This document shows, in pieces, positions 36,126 to 48,175 of a DNA stretch of 64,000 nucleotides. The translations under genes were made by a program, and so were the position numbers. How positions within the stretch are numbered: the stretch's first letter is position 1; each line of letters starts with the position of its first letter. The stretch comes from Octopus bimaculoides (taxonomy: Eukaryota). Location: NCBI RefSeq assembly GCF_001194135.2, contig NC_068991.1, positions 60,677,023 through 60,741,022 of the forward strand. The letters run 5' to 3'. The notes under the pieces are model-generated. The model saw only the letters and a list, made by a program, of their open reading frames with translations, had not been told where the DNA came from and searched no databases.

Positions 36126-37072
36126 AATTATATATATGTACGTATATGTGTATATTTATGTGTGTGGGTGTGAGTGTGTTTGCGTTCGTGTCTCCTTGTC
36201 TTGATTTGGATTATTGTAAATGGATGTCATTCGTTTCCAATATTCTGCAAAAACATGTCTTGGCCTGGGAAAATATTACCTTCCTTAGGCACAGGAAGGG
36301 CATCTGACTGTAGGAAATTCTGCTCAATAAACTCCGTCTGACTCATTCAAACATGGAAAACTGGACGTTAAAATAATGACCATGATGATATACTGTTCGT
36401 GGTATCATACTTTCTTTAATCGGGTTCATCATAAAACATTCCAGAGTTATTCCCCCTCGTCTTCAAACATGACCAAGCGTTAGCCTTTTGGTGTTGTTTA
36501 AAATAGTAGCAACTAGTTGTCTCCCCTTTCGATACCACCCGCATGTGTCTGCCATCGTTCTTTTATACAACTTCCTGTTTTAAAGTGATCTGAATTAAAA
36601 CTTTCCATCAAAATATTAATGTTAATTTATGTCTGAAGCAAGCAGCTTAATAATAACAGTTATTTTACTAAATTCATTGTTATTTTGGAAATTAAATGAA
36701 ACAAAAGCAGCGTATTTTATTACAAAGGAGTTAGTAAAATTTAATAAAATAACTTTGATATTATTAAACTGATGGTATTTTTCATCTTTTGCCTTCTTTT
36801 CCATTGGTGGGCTTCCACACAGTTTCCATCGACTAAATTCACTCACAAGCTTTGATTGGCATGGGTCTATTGTGGAAAACACTTGTTCAAGGTGTCATGC
36901 TGAGGGACTGAACCTGGAACCATGTGGCTGCAATGCGAGCTTCTTAACCACATACCCACGCCTGCACTTATGTTGCATTCATGATTTTTGTGGAAACTGA
37001 ATCTGCAAGACAATTTTTATTTTCAATTAGTTGCATTTCTAAAACATTTTGGATAACTCTCGACATCAGATC

Positions 37073-37410
37073 ATCATCGTCATCATCATCATTTACTGTC
37101 CGTTGTCCATGCTGGCATGGGTTGGACGGTTTGACTGGGCTGGCACTCTGGAAAGCTGCACCAGGATCCAGTCTGATTTGGCATAGTTTTCTACGGCTGG
37201 ATGCCCTTCCTAACGCCAACCAATCTGAGAGTGTAATGGGTGCTATTACATACCACTGGCACGGGTGCCATTTGCGTGACACCAGTATCTGCCATGACTG
37301 ATTTTGCTTGGCTTGATGAGTCTTCTCAAGCACAACATAATGCTAAAGGTCTTGGTCATTGCCTCCGTGAGGCCCAAAACTCGAAAGGAGCTCAGCCACT
37401 TTGCCTCCAT
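37073..37410 (-). mobile_element. RTE LINE 3' end including the last ORF2 codons
   Basis: Minus strand ..LEKTHQAK (compare REKTRQAK at 43573) runs directly into the common 3' UTR core and (ATG)n tail. Confidence 0.8.
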
Positions 37411-37991
37411 GAGGCCCAACGCTCTACCTAAGAATGTTATTTTTTAATATTTAACCTATAGAAAAGTAGCATTGTCCATAACATATTCTCTACTCTTGTG
37501 AATGAAGGGATAGGGAAAACTGGAGAAGATTGATATAGTTATATGTTCAGTATATATTACTGTGGACTGAAGAAATTTGAAATGAAGTGTTTTGTTCAAG
37601 AACACAACATGCAGCTGGGCTGGGAATTGAAACCTCAATCTCACAATTGTTAGTGCAATACAACTCACCACTAGACCACATGCCTTCACTCATTCCACTC
37701 AGCTGTGAATGGGTAACCCTGTGATGGACTAGCCTTCTGACCAGGGGGAAATGTTGGCCTGCTTGCCTAGCTTGTGGGGTGTGGTATCATTCAAAGATTA
37801 AAACGATGCAAAGTGCATTGTGACCAGCGATGTATAACAACATCTGATAGTCTGTTCAGTTATGTGATATATTAATGTAGGTTACTGATTGCTAAAGGTA
37901 AGGAATAATGTGTAAAATATGATTGTCATGCTTTTAATAAATTGCTTTCTTTTTTATAATTTTCTACTTTGTTTTTGTTTGTTTTAAACAG

Positions 37992-39917
37992 ATATGGAGC
38001 CCGTTTTTAATTCCAAGTTCAAATGGCAGTTTAAAAAAAACTTCGAAAATTTCTCAGCCTGAGCGTCCTGTCTACACGCACGAGGAATATATTAACCTAG
38101 TCCTGCGCAGTGGTCATGTGATGTCACATGACTATACACATCAATCAATGGAAGAAGACCCTCGTATGATGGCTTTTTTTGACTCTTTGGTACAACGCGA
38201 ATTAGAAGGCTGGAGTTCCGAGGATGACTATTCCAATTTTTCTACAAATGACGAGGATGAATTTTATGAACGAATGATTCAGGCTCGTGCTGAGCTTGTT
38301 GAAATGTCACCTCATCCCAGTTCGGATGAAGAAGAAGGGGGTTACAGTCCTTTCACTATTGCATTTGCTAGTGTGATGAGCACAAGAGATGCTGACAATT
38401 CACAGCATCGGAGCAGACCATTGCGATCATCTCAGTCTCAGAACAACAACAACAACAACAGTAACAGCAACAACAACAACAACAACAGCAGCAGCAGTAA
38501 TAAAACTAACTGTAATGATGATAATAGTAGTAACAAGACTGCTAGTAGTAGTAGCAACAGTACTACTACAACCACAAATATTAACACCACCAGTACAAAC
38601 AACAACAATACTAACACAAATCTTTCCTCGACCAGTGTAAATTCATCAACATTATTAAATGTGCCATTAGAAAGTGAGGCTATTCCTCGAACTGTCGATG
38701 TTGCAAATGGTAGCACTTCGATGCTGGAAGGACAGCAACCTAATAGCAACCGTAAAAGTATTTCTCAGTTGATTGCCCGAAAGAGAAAAGAAAATGCCAA
38801 CATTATGTTCAACAAAGCCAGGCATATCTCAGCTGTTAAAAAACGAGTCTGTCCTTGGAACCCTTCTAGTTCGGAATCTGACGACGATGGCAACTATCTT
38901 GCATCTGTTCAAGCTAAACTAAAGAAAATGGTGTCACCTGCTGCCACCACAACAGCATCTTCTACAGCTTCATCAGTGGATCTGTGGCCCTCACGGAACG
39001 GTACCGACTCTCAGCAAAAGCAGAAGGCTTTAGCTGATCTGAAAAAATGGAAGGAACTACGCCATCAAGTGAATGCTTCTAGTTACCAATTGACTGAGAA
39101 TAAACTAATTGCCCAGACTCCTACTCTGTCCTCCTCCTCATCTTCCTCATCTTCATCATCATCATCATCATCATCCTCCTCAACATCTACCACTTCCTCT
39201 TCATCATCTTCCTCATCTTCTTCTTCCTCTTCTTCTTCCTCTTCCTCCTCCCCATGTCTGCAGGACCGGTCGATGTCCACATCGAAGTCACTAGTGTCAG
39301 TCAGCAGCTCTGTGTCATCCGCTGTAGCTTCAGCAGAGGGCAAAGGCCATAGGGATGAGATGGAGCTGGGGCCCTACTTGCACAAGGTGGACAGTCAGCC
39401 GTGTGCCACAGGGGACAGTCTGCTGAACACCAAGAACAAAAACAACAAGGGCAGCAGCAGCAGCAGCGGCAGCAGCGGCTGCAGCAACAAGATCGATGAC
39501 ATTGCTAAGTCCATGAGTAAAATCACTGGAAGTAACAGCAGTCGAATCACTGTTGCTGGGGTGGCAAAAACACGGGGCACCAACAGCTCACACCCATCAT
39601 CATCACCAGCCAATACTACTTCTTCTAATTTGTTCTCTTCTGTTGAAAACGACAACAACAACAACAATAATGTTATCATTGCTGCAAATAACCATGACAT
39701 ATCCAACACAACCACCGGCATTGGTAGTGCTATAAATACTAGTAATAACATTGCTAGTAGTAGCAGTAGTAGCGGTAGTAGTAGTAGCTCTAGGAACAGT
39801 CCCAGTTTTGAACCTGTGTGGACAGAATTCAAGCGTTTCAAGCACAGAGTGGAGCGTGCTCGTCGTAACTATCGGCAACATAATCAGTTAGAAGTGTCTA
39901 GTGATGATGAAGTATGA
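37992..39917 (+). CDS. DCAF5: DCAF5 exon 9 (1926 nt, terminal): conserved IWSP..YTHEEYI..EDPRMMAFFDSLV block followed by a long Asn/Ser/Thr-rich tail
   Basis: Acceptor ttttaaacag|. In frame with the 599-aa ORF 38118..39917; ends in TGA. Confidence 0.96.
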   Translation: MWSPFLIPSSNGSLKKTSKISQPERPVYTHEEYINLVLRSGHVMSHDYTHQSMEEDPRMMAFFDSLVQRELEGWSSEDDYSNFSTNDEDEFYERMIQARAELVEMSPHPSSDEEEGGYSPFTIAFASVMSTRDADNSQHRSRPLRSSQSQNNNNNNSNSNNNNNNSSSSNKTNCNDDNSSNKTASSSSNSTTTTTNINTTSTNNNNTNTNLSSTSVNSSTLLNVPLESEAIPRTVDVANGSTSMLEGQQPNSNRKSISQLIARKRKENANIMFNKARHISAVKKRVCPWNPSSSESDDDGNYLASVQAKLKKMVSPAATTTASSTASSVDLWPSRNGTDSQQKQKALADLKKWKELRHQVNASSYQLTENKLIAQTPTLSSSSSSSSSSSSSSSSSSTSTTSSSSSSSSSSSSSSSSSSSPCLQDRSMSTSKSLVSVSSSVSSAVASAEGKGHRDEMELGPYLHKVDSQPCATGDSLLNTKNKNNKGSSSSSGSSGCSNKIDDIAKSMSKITGSNSSRITVAGVAKTRGTNSSHPSSSPANTTSSNLFSSVENDNNNNNNVIIAANNHDISNTTTGIGSAINTSNNIASSSSSSGSSSSSRNSPSFEPVWTEFKRFKHRVERARRNYRQHNQLEVSSDDEV

Positions 39918-40127
39918 AATGATAATTGTTTCCAACTTTAGCTTTCTTCTTTACTTTTCTTCTCCTTTCCTTCTTTCTTTCTTTTTTTATTCCATTTTCT
40001 TTCTTTTTTTAGTTGTCTGTCTCCTGTGGTCAAGGAGGTCAAAAGGTCAACCTCTTGTTTCACTTTTCTACTTATATTTTTCTTATTTTAAGTCTCTTAT
40101 TTTTGTCATCTTCTTCCCCACATCATC

Positions 40128-40172
<45 letters not shown>

Positions 40173-40430
40173 NNNNNNNNNNATATATATATATATATAT
40201 ATGTATAAAAGAAAACGATGATATATATATGTGTGTTATGATTTGTAAGTTATTTCATGAACAAGAATAAGAGTACTCAATGCATTGTGTAGAGTGATTA
40301 TATTTATCAAAATATAGAGTGTGTGTATACATACATAACTACATATACATGTGTATGTGTGCATATATATCATCTGATGTTAAATGATGGTTATATATGT
40401 ATGTATATATACATACATACATACATACAT

Positions 40431-40472
<42 letters not shown>

Positions 40473-40594
40473 NNNNNNNNNNGACACTTGTGCCACTAAT
40501 GTAATCTGTAGGGTAGTCAAAATCACCATAAGTCAGAATGAGACGGCTGGACCTTTGAACTACAGGTACAACCCATCTGAAGGGCTTATAAACA

Positions 40595-40633
<39 letters not shown>

Positions 40634-41006
40634 TTACTGTTTATCCAATATCACTTACATGGTATGGGTCACCAAGCTAAAATTGTGGTTAAATACATTT
40701 GCCCAAGGTGTCATTCAGCAGGATTGAACCTTAAGTCTGATGATTGTGAGTTTAACTTCTTAATTATTTTGCTGTTATGTCATATATATATGTTTGTGTG
40801 TCTGTGTTTGTTTCCCAACATCGCTTGTGTGTTTATGTGCCTGTCACTTAGTGGTTTAGCAAGAGAAACCGATAGAATAAGTACTAGGGTTACAAAGAAT
40901 AAGTCCTGGGGTCATTTTGCTCGACTAAAGGCGGTGCTCCAGTATGGCTGCAGTCAAATGACTGAAACAAATAAAAAAATATATATATACTGTTTATATA
41001 TATATA

Positions 41007-41061
<55 letters not shown>

Positions 41062-41214
41062 ACGTATATATAAACATTATATGCATAAACACACATACAT
41101 ACATACATACATATATATATAATATATGTTTGTATGTGTGCGTTTATGTATATAATGTTTATATATATGTGTGTTTATATATATATATATATATTTATTA
41201 TGTTTATATATATA

Positions 41215-41560
41215 GGTGCAAGTATGGCTGTGTGGTAAGTCGTTTGATTCCCAACCACATTGTTCCAGGTTCAGTTTCACTGTGTGTGTTCCATTCTTTG
41301 AGTGGATTTGGTCGAAGCCTTTTGTATATATATATATGTGTATGTGTGTGTGTGTGTTTGTGTTTGTCCACCACTACAACTTTGACAACTGGTATTGATG
41401 TGTTTACATCCCTGTAACTTAGCAGTTTGGCTAAAGAGATTGATGGAGTAAGTACCAGGCTGAAAAAGAAAGTACTGGCGTTGATTCATTCAGCCGAAAT
41501 TCTTCAAGGCAGTGCTCCAGCATGGCCGCAGTGAAATGAAAGGAACAAGTAAAAGACAAA
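41215..41560 (+). mobile_element. tRNA/CORE-type SINE (family 2)
   Basis: Head and 3' module homologous to 12797-13192. Confidence 0.72.
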
Positions 41561-41571
41561 AGATATATGCA

Positions 41572-41612
<41 letters not shown>

Positions 41613-41622
41613 NNNNNNNNNN

Positions 41623-41666
<44 letters not shown>

Positions 41667-43124
41667 CGTACTGGAACCCTAGACATAAGTGTGTAAGATG
41701 AGAGTGTCTCCATTATGGAATGATAAGTATTTTCTTTTTATGGTTCCTCAAATTTCCCCTTATCATACGTCTTCGTTTTATTTGTGTGTTGTGTATGTGA
41801 TTCTGTCTGTGTTGCCCCTAATCATGTGTCTTATGTGTGTGTGTGTTTGTTTCTTACTCTATGTATTCTTTCGTATTTACGTTCAATGTATGTGTGTGTG
41901 TGTGTGTGTGTGTGTTTATGTTGCCTTTCTATTTATGTATCAATTGCTTGTGTGTTGTGCATGTGATTCTGTGTGTGTGTGTCCCCATGAATCATGTGTT
42001 TATGTTGCCTGTTTGTGTATCTATTAATTCCTTTGTGTGTGTGTGAGATACTTGAACCTATGTGATGCTCTGTTGAGCAACACACTCTCCAACTCTCCTC
42101 CACTTAAACCACAGTTCTCAGTAAGTTGATACTCTTCCAACTGAAGTCCAAAGACAAAGAATTAGTCAACAGTTGAAACAACTCGTTCTTCACTCTTTCA
42201 TATTCGCATTAGTTATTTTGCTATTATGTTTGTCTACACCACAATTCTCTTCTACACACACTGTCTATTCCACATCCTTGCATTTGTTGGTTCATGTCTA
42301 AAAGAAACTGGTGTTTCTATTGAAAAAGAAAAGAAAAGAAGAAAGAAATTTTAAAGACAAAAGAAAATTATCCAATCAAATACTCCACCCCCTTCTTCTT
42401 CCTGCTCCAAATCAAATAAACTAATTAAATTCCAAAACATGTTATATTCTGCTAACTTTTCCTGCGATGTATGATAATAAAATATCCCAGCAAAAGTCTT
42501 CTTTGTATTTATATAGATAAAGAGTAATGTTTATATGTGCTGTTCAACTCTGATCCTGTTCCAGAAGATCTTACGATCAAAGTCATTGTGACCATGGCCA
42601 TCCAGTTTCTTGTTTTTTAGCCATTGTGTATCTAGGACTACATTATTTTTGTGTTCTTCCTACTTTTTAAGATGTAATGTGTGATATTTCTAGCAAGTTG
42701 TGAGACCACTTAGAGGCTCTCATGACCTGGCTTCTATGGCATATAAACAAATAAAATTACAACACTCCCTTCCCCCTGAACACCTGAACAAGACACCAGT
42801 CCTTCACAGGGTTAACTTCCCAGCAATTGTTGGAACTCATTTTACAGTCAAGTGGACTGGAGCAACATGAAATGAAATCTTTGGTCAAGTATACAACACA
42901 TTGCCCAGTCCAGGAATAGAAACTGGCCTTATGATTGGAAGTGTAACATACTAACGAACGGGCTATGTACCTTTACACTGAAGCATAGCTCCTTTATTGA
43001 TTTGTATGTATTGTGTATAACCTGTATGTGCATTATCTAGTACAGTGGTTCCCAGTCTGTGGTCTGTGAACCACCAGGGGTCCACGGACCGTAAACTAAA
43101 TTAAACATTTTATATATGTATATA

Positions 43125-43176
<52 letters not shown>

Positions 43177-43572
43177 NNNNNNNNNNNNNNNNNNNNNNNN
43201 NNNNNNNNNNNNNNNNNNNNNNNNNNNNNNNNNNNNNNNNNNNNNNNNNNNNNNNNNNNNNNNNNNNNNNNNNNNNNNNNNNNNNNNNNNNNNNNNNNNN
43301 NNNNNNNNNNNNNNNNNNNNNNNNNNNNNNNNNNNNNNNNNNNNNNNNNNNNNNNNNNNNNNNNNNNNNNNNNNNNNNNNNNNNNNNNNNNNNNNNNNNN
43401 NNNNNNNNNNNNNNNNNNNNNNNNNNNNNNNNNNNNNNNNNNNNNNNNNNNNNNNNNNNNNNNNNNNNNNNNNNNNNNNNNNNNNNNNNNNNNNNNNNNN
43501 NNNNNNNNNNNNNNNNNNNNNNNNNNNNNNNNNNNNNNNNNNNNNNNNNNNNNNNNNNNNNNNNNNNNNNNN

Positions 43573-43777
43573 CTTACTTGGCTTGCCGGGTCTTCTCACG
43601 CACAGCACATTTCCAAAGGTCTCGGTCAGTAGTCATCGCCTCGGTGAGGCCCAATGTACGAAGGTCTTGCCTCACCACCTCAGCCCAGGTCTTCCTGGGC
43701 CTACCTCTTCCACGGGTTCCCTCAACTGTTAGGGTGTGGCACTTTTTCAGGCAGCTATCCTCATCCATTCTCACCAT
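43573..43777 (-). mobile_element. RTE LINE ORF2 C-terminus
   Basis: VRMDEDSCLKKCHTLTVEGTRGRGRPRKTWAEVVRQDLRTLGLTEAMTTDRDLWK is a canonical RTE terminal motif. Confidence 0.88.
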
Positions 43778-43845
43778 TTTTTTTTTGTAGTTTCAGCTCA
43801 GAGCTGTGGCCATGATGGAGCACTGCTGTTTTTGCTACACTGTTA

Positions 43846-44890
43846 TTACTGAGATCCTCCTCTAATATGTGGCACTTGGTGAAGAATGGAGTTTGGTGTA
43901 GCTACCCTCATTTGCACCTCTTGCCGTGAGGTAGGTTCATCTGGGACTCTCGACAGGAAGAGGTCCAACCTTGATTTATAAACGTCTACATCAACTTTGT
44001 GCATGTTCCTCAGGCTCTTTGGAAGAATATTAAAAAGCTGTGGGCCCCTGGAACCCAGGCTGTTGCAGTAATTGGTCCTGAAGTGTGATGGCGTTGCTGG
44101 GATCTTTGGTATTGTGCAGTGTCGACCCATTCTGGCATTGGTGTAGCTGTCAGTGCCAAAATTTGGCTCAATTCCTTCCAGGATCTTCCAGATGTATATT
44201 ACTGCATACCTCTCCTGCCTTCACTCCAGAGTAGAGTCTTAGCTGTTTCAGCCTTTCCCAGTAGCAAAGAGACGACCTTCTTTGTGAATCTTCTCTGGAT
44301 TGCTTCAAGGTCCGCTGTTAATTTCACACTGTTGGGTGACCATAGCTGTGAGCAGTAATCCAGGTGGCTGAGGACGAATGTCCTCCAGAGGACCATCATG
44401 GTTTCCTTATCTCTGGTTCTGAATGTTCTCAGGATTCATCTAGCCAGTCATCTGCACTTTGTCACCATCCTGATAATGAGCACTTGGAAAGAGGTATCAT
44501 CACTCATGTTGATACCCAGGTCCCTCACTGACTTAGGCTCTGGGATTGTAATTCCCTGTGCACCAGTGTACCCTGTAAATTTCATATTCAGTTTTGGACA
44601 CTGGTAGCGCAGGGCTTGGAATTTTTCAGCATTGAACTGCATATTATTATCCTCAGCTCATCTGTAAATTGAGTCCAACTCCTGCTGCAGATGTGCAACA
44701 TCGCTGGGGTTCTATATTTTCTGTGAGACTTTCGTTATCGTTTGCATAGCTAGCAAGGGTGGCTATCCGGGCAGTTGAGGGCATATTTGAGTAGGCCACT
44801 ATGAAAAGCAGTGGTCACAAGACAGTGCCCTGTGGAACACCACTCACTATTTGTGTTTATAGAGGTGGCTCCATTGGCCACTACTGCCTG
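43846..44890 (-). mobile_element. CR1-type LINE RT remnant (frameshifted)
   Basis: In order on minus: GVPQGTVL*PLLF, ASYAND, MQFNAEKFQALRY, VRDLGINMSDD, FVLSHLDYCSQLWSP..LEAIQRRFTK, RGPQLFNILPKSLRN..LDLFLSRVPDEP. Confidence 0.9.
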
Positions 44891-44943
44891 ACTTCTGTAT
44901 TTCAGAAAGTCATGTCATGCATACATAATACATATATATGTAT

Positions 44944-45285
44944 ATCATCATCATCATCATCATCATCATCATTTAACGTCCACCTTCCATGCTAGCATGG
45001 GTTGGACGATTTGACTGAGTACTGGTGAAACCAGATGGCTACACCAGGCTCCAATCTGATTTGGCAGAGTTTCTACAGCTGGATGCCCTTCCTAACGCCA
45101 ACCACTCAGAGAGTGTAGTAGGTGCTTTTACGTGTCACCCGCATGAAGGCCAGTCAGGCGGTACTGGCAACGGCCACGCTCAAATTGGTGCATTTTATGT
45201 GCCACCCGCACAAGAGCCAGTCCAGGGGCACTGGCAACGATCTCGCTCAAAAATCCTACGACGGCCCCACACAAGAGCCAGTCCC
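44944..45285 (-). mobile_element. RTE LINE 3' end copy (runs into N gap)
   Basis: (CAT)n on the left, common core and subrepeats. Confidence 0.8.
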
Positions 45286-46305
45286 NNNNNNNNNNNNNNN
45301 NNNNNNNNNNNNNNNNNNNNNNNNNNNNNNNNNNNNNNNNNNNNNNNNNNNNNNNNNNNNNNNNNNNNNNNNNNNNNNNNNNNNNNNNNNNNNNNNNNNN
45401 NNNNNNNNNNNNNNNNNNNNNNNNNNNNNNNNNNNNNNNNNNNNNNNNNNNNNNNNNNNNNNNNNNNNNNNNNNNNNNNNNNNNNNNNNNNNNNNNNNNN
45501 NNNNNNNNNNNNNNNNNNNNNNNNNNNNNNNNNNNNNNNNNNNNNNNNNNNNNNNNNNNNNNNNNNNNNNNNNNNNNNNNNNNNNNNNNNNNNNNNNNNN
45601 NNNNNNNNNNNNNNNNNNNNNNNNNNNNNNNNNNNNNNNNNNNNNNNNNNNNNNNNNNNNNNNNNNNNNNNNNNNNNNNNNNNNNNNNNNNNNNNNNNNN
45701 NNNNNNNNNNNNNNNNNNNNNNNNNNNNNNNNNNNNNNNNNNNNNNNNNNNNNNNNNNNNNNNNNNNNNNNNNNNNNNNNNNNNNNNNNNNNNNNNNNNN
45801 NNNNNNNNNNNNNNNNNNNNNNNNNNNNNNNNNNNNNNNNNNNNNNNNNNNNNNNNNNNNNNNNNNNNNNNNNNNNNNNNNNNNNNNNNNNNNNNNNNNN
45901 NNNNNNNNNNNNNNNNNNNNNNNNNNNNNNNNNNNNNNNNNNNNNNNNNNNNNNNNNNNNNNNNNNNNNNNNNNNNNNNNNNNNNNNNNNNNNNNNNNNN
46001 NNNNNNNNNNNNNNNNNNNNNNNNNNNNNNNNNNNNNNNNNNNNNNNNNNNNNNNNNNNNNNNNNNNNNNNNNNNNNNNNNNNNNNNNNNNNNNNNNNNN
46101 NNNNNNNNNNNNNNNNNNNNNNNNNNNNNNNNNNNNNNNNNNNNNNNNNNNNNNNNNNNNNNNNNNNNNNNNNNNNNNNNNNNNNNNNNNNNNNNNNNNN
46201 NNNNNNNNNNNNNNNNNNNNNNNNNNNNNNNNNNNNNNNNNNNNNNNNNNNAATATACAGAGAGATAATAAAAAAAGAAAGCTTTAGTAGCTAGCGGTCA
46301 ATCAT

Positions 46306-46354
<49 letters not shown>

Positions 46355-46407
46355 CATACATATATTTATATATGCACACACATATATAAACATACATATA
46401 TGTATAT

Positions 46408-46582
46408 ACATCATCATCATCATCGTTTAACGTCCGCTTTCCATGCTAGCATGGGTTGGACGATTTGACTGAGGACTGGTGGACCAGGTGGCTACACCAG
46501 GCTCCAATCTGATTTGGCAGAGTTTCTACAGCTGGATGCCCTTCCTAACGCCAACCACTCCGAGAGTGTAGTGGGTGCTTTT
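46408..46582 (-). mobile_element. Short RTE 3' end copy
   Basis: (CAT)n plus common core. Confidence 0.78.
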
Positions 46583-47050
46583 AGTCAGGAGAGAAGGCAA
46601 TGCTGAAGGCCCTTTGCAAGGTCTCTGAGACTAGTGGGAAGTACCCAGGGACGTATATTCCGGGTGTGAGCTGCTCACCCATCGAAAATGGCAAATTCAT
46701 TATAAATGTTAAAAATGACTTATTAATTTAATCACAAATCTTAATGGAAAACTTTTGTTATACTCCTGCTTGGAATTTGGTGGCATTGGGTGTAGCAACA
46801 CACCAAATACAACAACCACCATATGCCACTGGAGGCTTGACTCAAATGCTTGAAACAGATGGACTCTGCAAAAGGCACACAAGGACCAGATGTTGACTCA
46901 ATAGAAGAAGAAAATGATATGACAACATGTAAGCAATATAAAGGTTCTTTAAAATATATATTAAACTATAAACAATATTTTATACATTTATGGAGATGTA
47001 CTTGCATAGCAAGTGACTTGATCTGAGATCGTGTGCTGAAACAAAAACAA

Positions 47051-47335
47051 TTGCAGTGTGGAAGATGCTTATAATCCATTTAAAAAACACAAAAACCATT
47101 AGATTCACTTCAGCATTTAAATTTAATTTGTGTCAAAATATTTTCCTCCCTTTGAAACCACAACCTGTTCACTGACAAAATGATGCAGCATGAAATTTTG
47201 TCAGTGACCAGGTCACAAGTTCAAAGCAACAAAAATATTTTGACACAAATTAAATTTAAATGTTGAAGTGAAGCTAATGGTTTTTGTGTGTTTTTTAAGT
47301 GGCTAAGTGGCTTATAAATGCCTTCTGCACTGCAA
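47051..47335. repeat. Long inverted repeat (MITE-like hairpin)
   Basis: Arms ttgcagtg..ccattagattcacttcagcatttaaatttaatttgtgtcaaaatatttt and its reverse complement; inner arm cactgacaaaat / attttgtcagtg. Confidence 0.8.
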
Positions 47336-47759
47336 ATATTTTACATTTTGTATGGCATTTAATTATTTAGCTGATTAATTAATTTTCTCATAAATAATTC
47401 CAAAATGACCAGTCTTTTTACTTCTAATTCTTATTTGATGATGAATATGTATTTTGTGTCTGTAGGTGTGTGGTGCATACATCTGTGTGTTGTTGAATAC
47501 TAATATTGATATTAACTTGCAATACATTCCTGGCAATANNNNNNNNNNNNNNNNNNNNNNNNNNNNNNNNNNNNNNNNNNNNNNNNNNNNNNNNNNNNNN
47601 NNNNNNNNNNNNNNNNNNNNNNNNNNNNNNNNNNNNNNNNNNNNNNNNNNNNNNNNNNNNNNNNNNNNNNNNNNNNNNNNNNNNNNNNNNNNNNNNNNNN
47701 NNNNNNNNNNNNNNNNNNNNNNNNNNNNNNNNNNNNNNNNNNNNNNNNNNNNATATATA

Positions 47760-48175
47760 TGAAGCACTAACAGCACCATCTGAGCGGGATCACTGCCAGA
47801 GCAGTGGCCTCGCTCCTGTGCCAGTGGCACGTAAAAAGCACCATTTGAGCACTATCGTTTCCAGCTTCTCCTTACTGGCACTTGTGCCGGTGGCATGTGA
47901 ACAAAACATTGGACTGACTCCTGTGCAGGTGGCATGTAAAAAACACCATTTGAGTGTGGCTGTTGCCAGTAGCGCTGGACTGGCCCTCGTGCCGGTGGCA
48001 CGTAAAAAGCATCCACTACACTCTTGGAGTGGTTGACGTTAGGAAGGGCATCCAGCTGTAGAAACTCTGCCAGATCAGATTGGAGCGTAGCCATCTGGTT
48101 TGCCAATCCCCAGTCAAATCGTCCAACCCATGCTAGCATGGAAAACAGAAGTTAAATGATGATGATGATGATGAT
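47760..48175 (+). mobile_element. RTE 3' end, variant subrepeat subfamily
   Basis: Homologous to 30662-31085. Confidence 0.78.

Larger units (their letters stand above)
10122..39917 (+). other. DCAF5: Complete gene model, DDB1- and CUL4-associated factor 5 (WDR22): join(10122..10530,22565..22708,26105..26141,28379..28518,29734..29863,31392..31611,33198..33264,33864..33982,37992..39917)
   Basis: Nine GT-AG exons with compatible phases give 3192 nt (1063 aa). The WD40 region matches DCAF5 hallmarks: [73 protein letters not shown]. Confidence 0.97.

Noticed and set aside
38438-39881. Antisense and alternate-frame ORFs (poly-L, poly-E/D, poly-T) overlapping DCAF5 exon 9
   Set aside because: They are shadows of the low-complexity Ser/Asn coding sequence.
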